This document shows, one piece after another, positions 62,201 through 64,000 of a stretch of DNA of 64,000 nt. The notes under the pieces were generated by a model. That model was not told the origin of the DNA. It searched no databases and saw only the letters and a program-made list of their open reading frames with translations. Origin of the DNA: an uncultured Bacteroidota bacterium (GTDB lineage Bacteria; Bacteroidota; Bacteroidia; Flavobacteriales; Flavobacteriaceae); contig CABWYN010000003.1 in assembly GCA_902509675.1 (NCBI GenBank), positions 3,057 through 67,056 on the forward strand. The letters are read 5' to 3'. A program made the position numbers and the translations under genes. The first letter of the stretch is position 1, and each line of letters begins with the position of its first letter.

Positions 62201-64000
62201 TTTGAGCAATCAAATGTTGAATATTTAGAATTTTGGTTAATGGATCCTTTTTTAAATAATGATGAAAATTCTGGTGGTAAATTAACCTTTAATCTTGGAA
62301 ATATCTCTGAAGATGTTTTAAAGGACGGAAGAAAGCAATATGAAAATGGTCTCCCAGAAGACGGAGATATCAGCTTTCTACCCACAACATCGTGGGGGAC
62401 TGTTGTTCCGCAAAATCAATCTTTGGTTTATGCTTTTTCCTCCCAAGGAGATGGAAGAATTAATCAAGACGTTGGGTTAGACGGATTTGATGATGCGGAG
62501 GAAGCATCTAATTTTAGTTCTTTTTCTGATTTAACTGACCCAGCTAATGATAATTATAGCTATTTTTTAAACGGCTCAGGGAATATCTTTGAAAGATATA
62601 AGAAGTACAATGGTCTAGATGGGAATTCACCAGAGACAATTTCTGATACAGATAGAGGTTCAAATACATTTCCTGATGTTGAAGATATTAATAGAGATAA
62701 TACAATGAATACTATTGATAGTTATTTTGAGTATGAACTGGATATTACCCCTAATTCTCTGTCAAACTTTAATAATGGTTATATAATTGACAGAAAAGAG
62801 AAAAATATTACACTTCCAAACGGTACTTCAGAATTGGTTAAATGGTATCAATTTAGAATTCCAGTAAACGAACCTACAGGATCAATCGGAGGAATTTCAG
62901 ATTTTAGATCAATAAGATTTATGCGAATGTATTTAAACGGTTTTGATCAAAATACAATTTTAAGATTTGGAACCTTAGAATTAGTAAGAAGTGACTGGAG
63001 AAAATATCAGTTGACATTAGACCAAGAAATTGACAATAATAATGATACAACAGAGTTTTCTGTTGGAGTTATCGGTATTCAAGAAAATGAGGAGAGCTAT
63101 GCTTCTCCACCTGGTGTTGAAAGAGAACAGTTTAATAATAATAATACAATAGTAAGACAAAACGAGCAATCTTTGGTGCTCAATGTTTGTGAATTAGAGC
63201 CTGAAGATTCTAGAGGTGTTTATAAGAATATAAGCGTAGACATGCGTCAATTCAATAGATTAAGAATGTTTATGCATGCTGAGGACGGAACGAGTCCAGG
63301 ATTATCTGATGGAGAAATAATTGGTTTTATAAGGCTTGGAAATGATTTATCTGAAAACTACTATCAAATTGAAATTCCCTTACAAGAGTCTTTAGCAAAC
63401 TCAGTAGACTCTCAGACTCTTTGGCCAACTGCGAATGAAATCGACTTACCGATTAGCGCTTTAGAATCGATTAAATCACTTTCAATAATTAATGGTTTAT
63501 TGGGGTCAAATGATGCAATTTTTTATGATGTAGTAAATGATAATGTAATTGAAGACCCGGTTTCAGAGTTTGCTCCATTAGATGTTGGAGAACAGAGAAT
63601 TGCAATCAAAGGAAATCCAAATTTTGGAGATATTAGAACCTTAATGATTGGGGTTAAGAATCCAAGTCAAGATAATATGGATGTTTGTGCTCAAGTATGG
63701 TTTAATGAATTAAGATTATCTGACATGGATAATGAAGGAGGATGGGCAGCTACACTGGCAATAGACACAAATATTGCTGATTTTATGAATATTTCAACTA
63801 CTGCGCGTCAAAGTACGAGTGGGTTTGGAAATATCGAACAGGGTCCTAGCGAAAGAGATAAAGAGGATAGAAGGCAATATGATTTGGTTTCAAATATAAA
63901 TGTTGGTCAATTATTTCCAGAAAAATGGGGTTTAAATATCCCTTTCAATTTTGGGCAAGGTGAGGAGTATATTAAGCCAGAATTTGACCAGCAATACAGA
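59246..64000 (+). CDS. sprA: T9SS translocon / gliding motility protein SprA, 3'-truncated by the window edge (first 1585 codons)
   Basis: Not in the supplied ORF track because there is no stop within the window. ATG at 59246 with signal peptide MRANLKFNFFLFIFLLFSGIIQIYGQ. My translation of the first ~300 codons and of the final codons (which end in frame at 64000) found no stop. The track lists no competing + strand ORF of 60 aa or more across 4.7 kb. Sequence such as ..GNVSMPLSSSLISGAQSLFGVKTELKFGKTSI.. is typical of SprA. Confidence 0.85.
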   Translation, partial: MRANLKFNFFLFIFLLFSGIIQIYGQRVESDIGQIDFPDPPSYIENYLYDPASDLYYFNTKVGEYDINYPIILTPEEYQELILKEDLKDYYKEKIDAEDGKKEGSENAQKNLIPEIYVNSKLFQSIFGGNTIEVIPQGSLEVDLGVLYTKQDNPSFSPRNRSNLTFDFDQRIGLSLLGKVGTRVQVNANFDTQSSFDFQNLLKLEFEPTEDDIIQKIEIGNVSMPLSSSLISGAQSLFGVKTELKFGKTSIKAIFSEQKSESRSVVSEGGGTVQEFEFRALDYDENRHFFLSHFFRNKYDQSLENYPYINSNVQITRAEVWVTNRTNQLNDVRNILAFQDLGESDNVSSVVNILSPSNSYPDNSNNALDPTSIGDAGSQLTSLVRDIASVQQGILVPNTNEGIDYGKLENAKKLRENIDYEIHPQLGYISLTQKLENDEILAVAFQYTVGDQVFQVGEFANDGVQATEVTFNGESPIVNSNNLILKLLKSTVTSVDEPMWDLMMKNIYNTGAFQLERQDFKLNIFYKESSELNYITPVDGVQFPSPSAGQLPIQEQPLLSFFNFDRLNYNNDPQLNGDGFFDFVPGITVVQQTGKIFFTKVEPFGEFLFESLRLNPNENYNGDQNISSDYNLNQKKYVYHTLYNSTKTAAEQKAEKNKFLVKGKYKSSSGGGIPIGAYNVPRGSVTVTAGGRVLVEGVDYTVNYQLGTVQILDAGLQASNTPINVSVENNALFGQQTKRFSGINIEHKFNEDFIVSGTLLNLHERPLTQKANFGTEPINNTIMGFDGNFSKEIPLLTRLINKLPTIETDVPSNLSVRGEVAYLMPGAPKGNNFNGEATSYIDDFEGTQNVIDLLAPQSWSLSSRPKNLGSIYFEGGEDDNGIQNGYDRALLNWYSIDPIFYSSQRPADITDQDLSNLYSRRIFIDEIFPQVDIVQGQTTVINSLDLNYYPNLRGPYNMDPSVSDGVIDNSNNSWAGITRLINTTDFEQSNVEYLEFWLMDPFLNNDENSGGKLTFNLGNISEDVLKDGRKQYENGLPEDGDISFLPTTSWGTVVPQNQSLVYAFSSQGDGRINQDVGLDGFDDAEEASNFSSFSDLTDPANDNYSYFLNGSGNIFERYKKYNGLDGNSPETISDTDRGSNTFPDVEDINRDNTMNTIDSYFEYELDITPNSLSNFNNGYIIDRKEKNITLPNGTSELVKWYQFRIPVNEPTGSIGGISDFRSIRFMRMYLNGFDQNTILRFGTLELVRSDWRKYQLTLDQEIDNNNDTTEFSVGVIGIQENEESYASPPGVEREQFNNNNTIVRQNEQSLVLNVCELEPEDSRGVYKNISVDMRQFNRLRMFMHAEDGTSPGLSDGEIIGFIRLGNDLSENYYQIEIPLQESLANSVDSQTLWPTANEIDLPISALESIKSLSIINGLLGSNDAIFYDVVNDNVIEDPVSEFAPLDVGEQRIAIKGNPNFGDIRTLMIGVKNPSQDNMDVCAQVWFNELRLSDMDNEGGWAATLAIDTNIADFMNISTTARQSTSGFGNIEQGPSERDKEDRRQYDLVSNINVGQLFPEKWGLNIPFNFGQGEEYIKPEFDQQYR

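Noticed and set aside
1-64000. Scan for CRISPR arrays, IS elements and transposases, integrases, prophage genes, toxin-antitoxin pairs, restriction-modification or other defence-island content.
   Set aside because: None found. There are no spaced direct-repeat arrays and no recombinase-like ORFs. Every ORF above ~130 aa is assignable to a core function or to a shadow of one.

Overview
This is an AT-rich, tightly packed stretch of core chromosome, most likely from a Flavobacteriia (Bacteroidota) genome. The taxonomic guess rests on several markers. These are the T9SS/gliding protein SprA, an alternative complex III (actABCDEF) fused to an aa3-type oxidase cluster, and an NrdB carrying an ATP-cone. 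Also supporting it are the asnS-rpoN pairing and recurrent TAnnTTTG -7 boxes just upstream of genes.

About 50 protein genes and 2 tRNAs are supported:
- Nucleotide metabolism and redox: dsbD (5' partial), dCMP deaminase, nrdB-nrdA, dGTPase, tadA.
- Transport and envelope: a porin-PiT phosphate module, TauE, an exbB-exbD-exbD cluster, an RND/MMPL-like transporter.
- Central metabolism: aspS, a polyprenyl synthase, sucA-sucB-tatD.
- Information processing: tRNA-Ser, asnS-rpoN, rplM-rpsI, rpsB-tsf-pyrH-frr, tRNA-Gln, rimP-nusA-infB, ruvB, ruvA.
- A three-gene string of MFS transporter, glycosylasparaginase and polA, next to a frameshifted DUF2723/GT117-like gene.
- Respiration: actABCDEF followed by ctaC-ctaD.
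- The first 1585 codons of sprA. This ORF runs off the window and is missing from the supplied ORF track.

I found no mobile elements, CRISPR arrays, integrases, toxin-antitoxin pairs or recognisable defence islands. I could not identify a convincing previously undescribed multi-gene system.

The items most worth a second look are:
- the class Id-type RNR architecture, which is already described;
- a homopolymer frameshift splitting the GT117-like membrane protein;
- a strong terminator that rimP-nusA-infB transcripts must read through;
- the six-haem ActA and the His-rich ActF loop;
- an uncharacterised 4-TM gene inside the exbBD operon;
- an atypical 570-bp non-coding gap upstream of nrdB.

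All functional calls come from reading motifs by eye. No database search was run.
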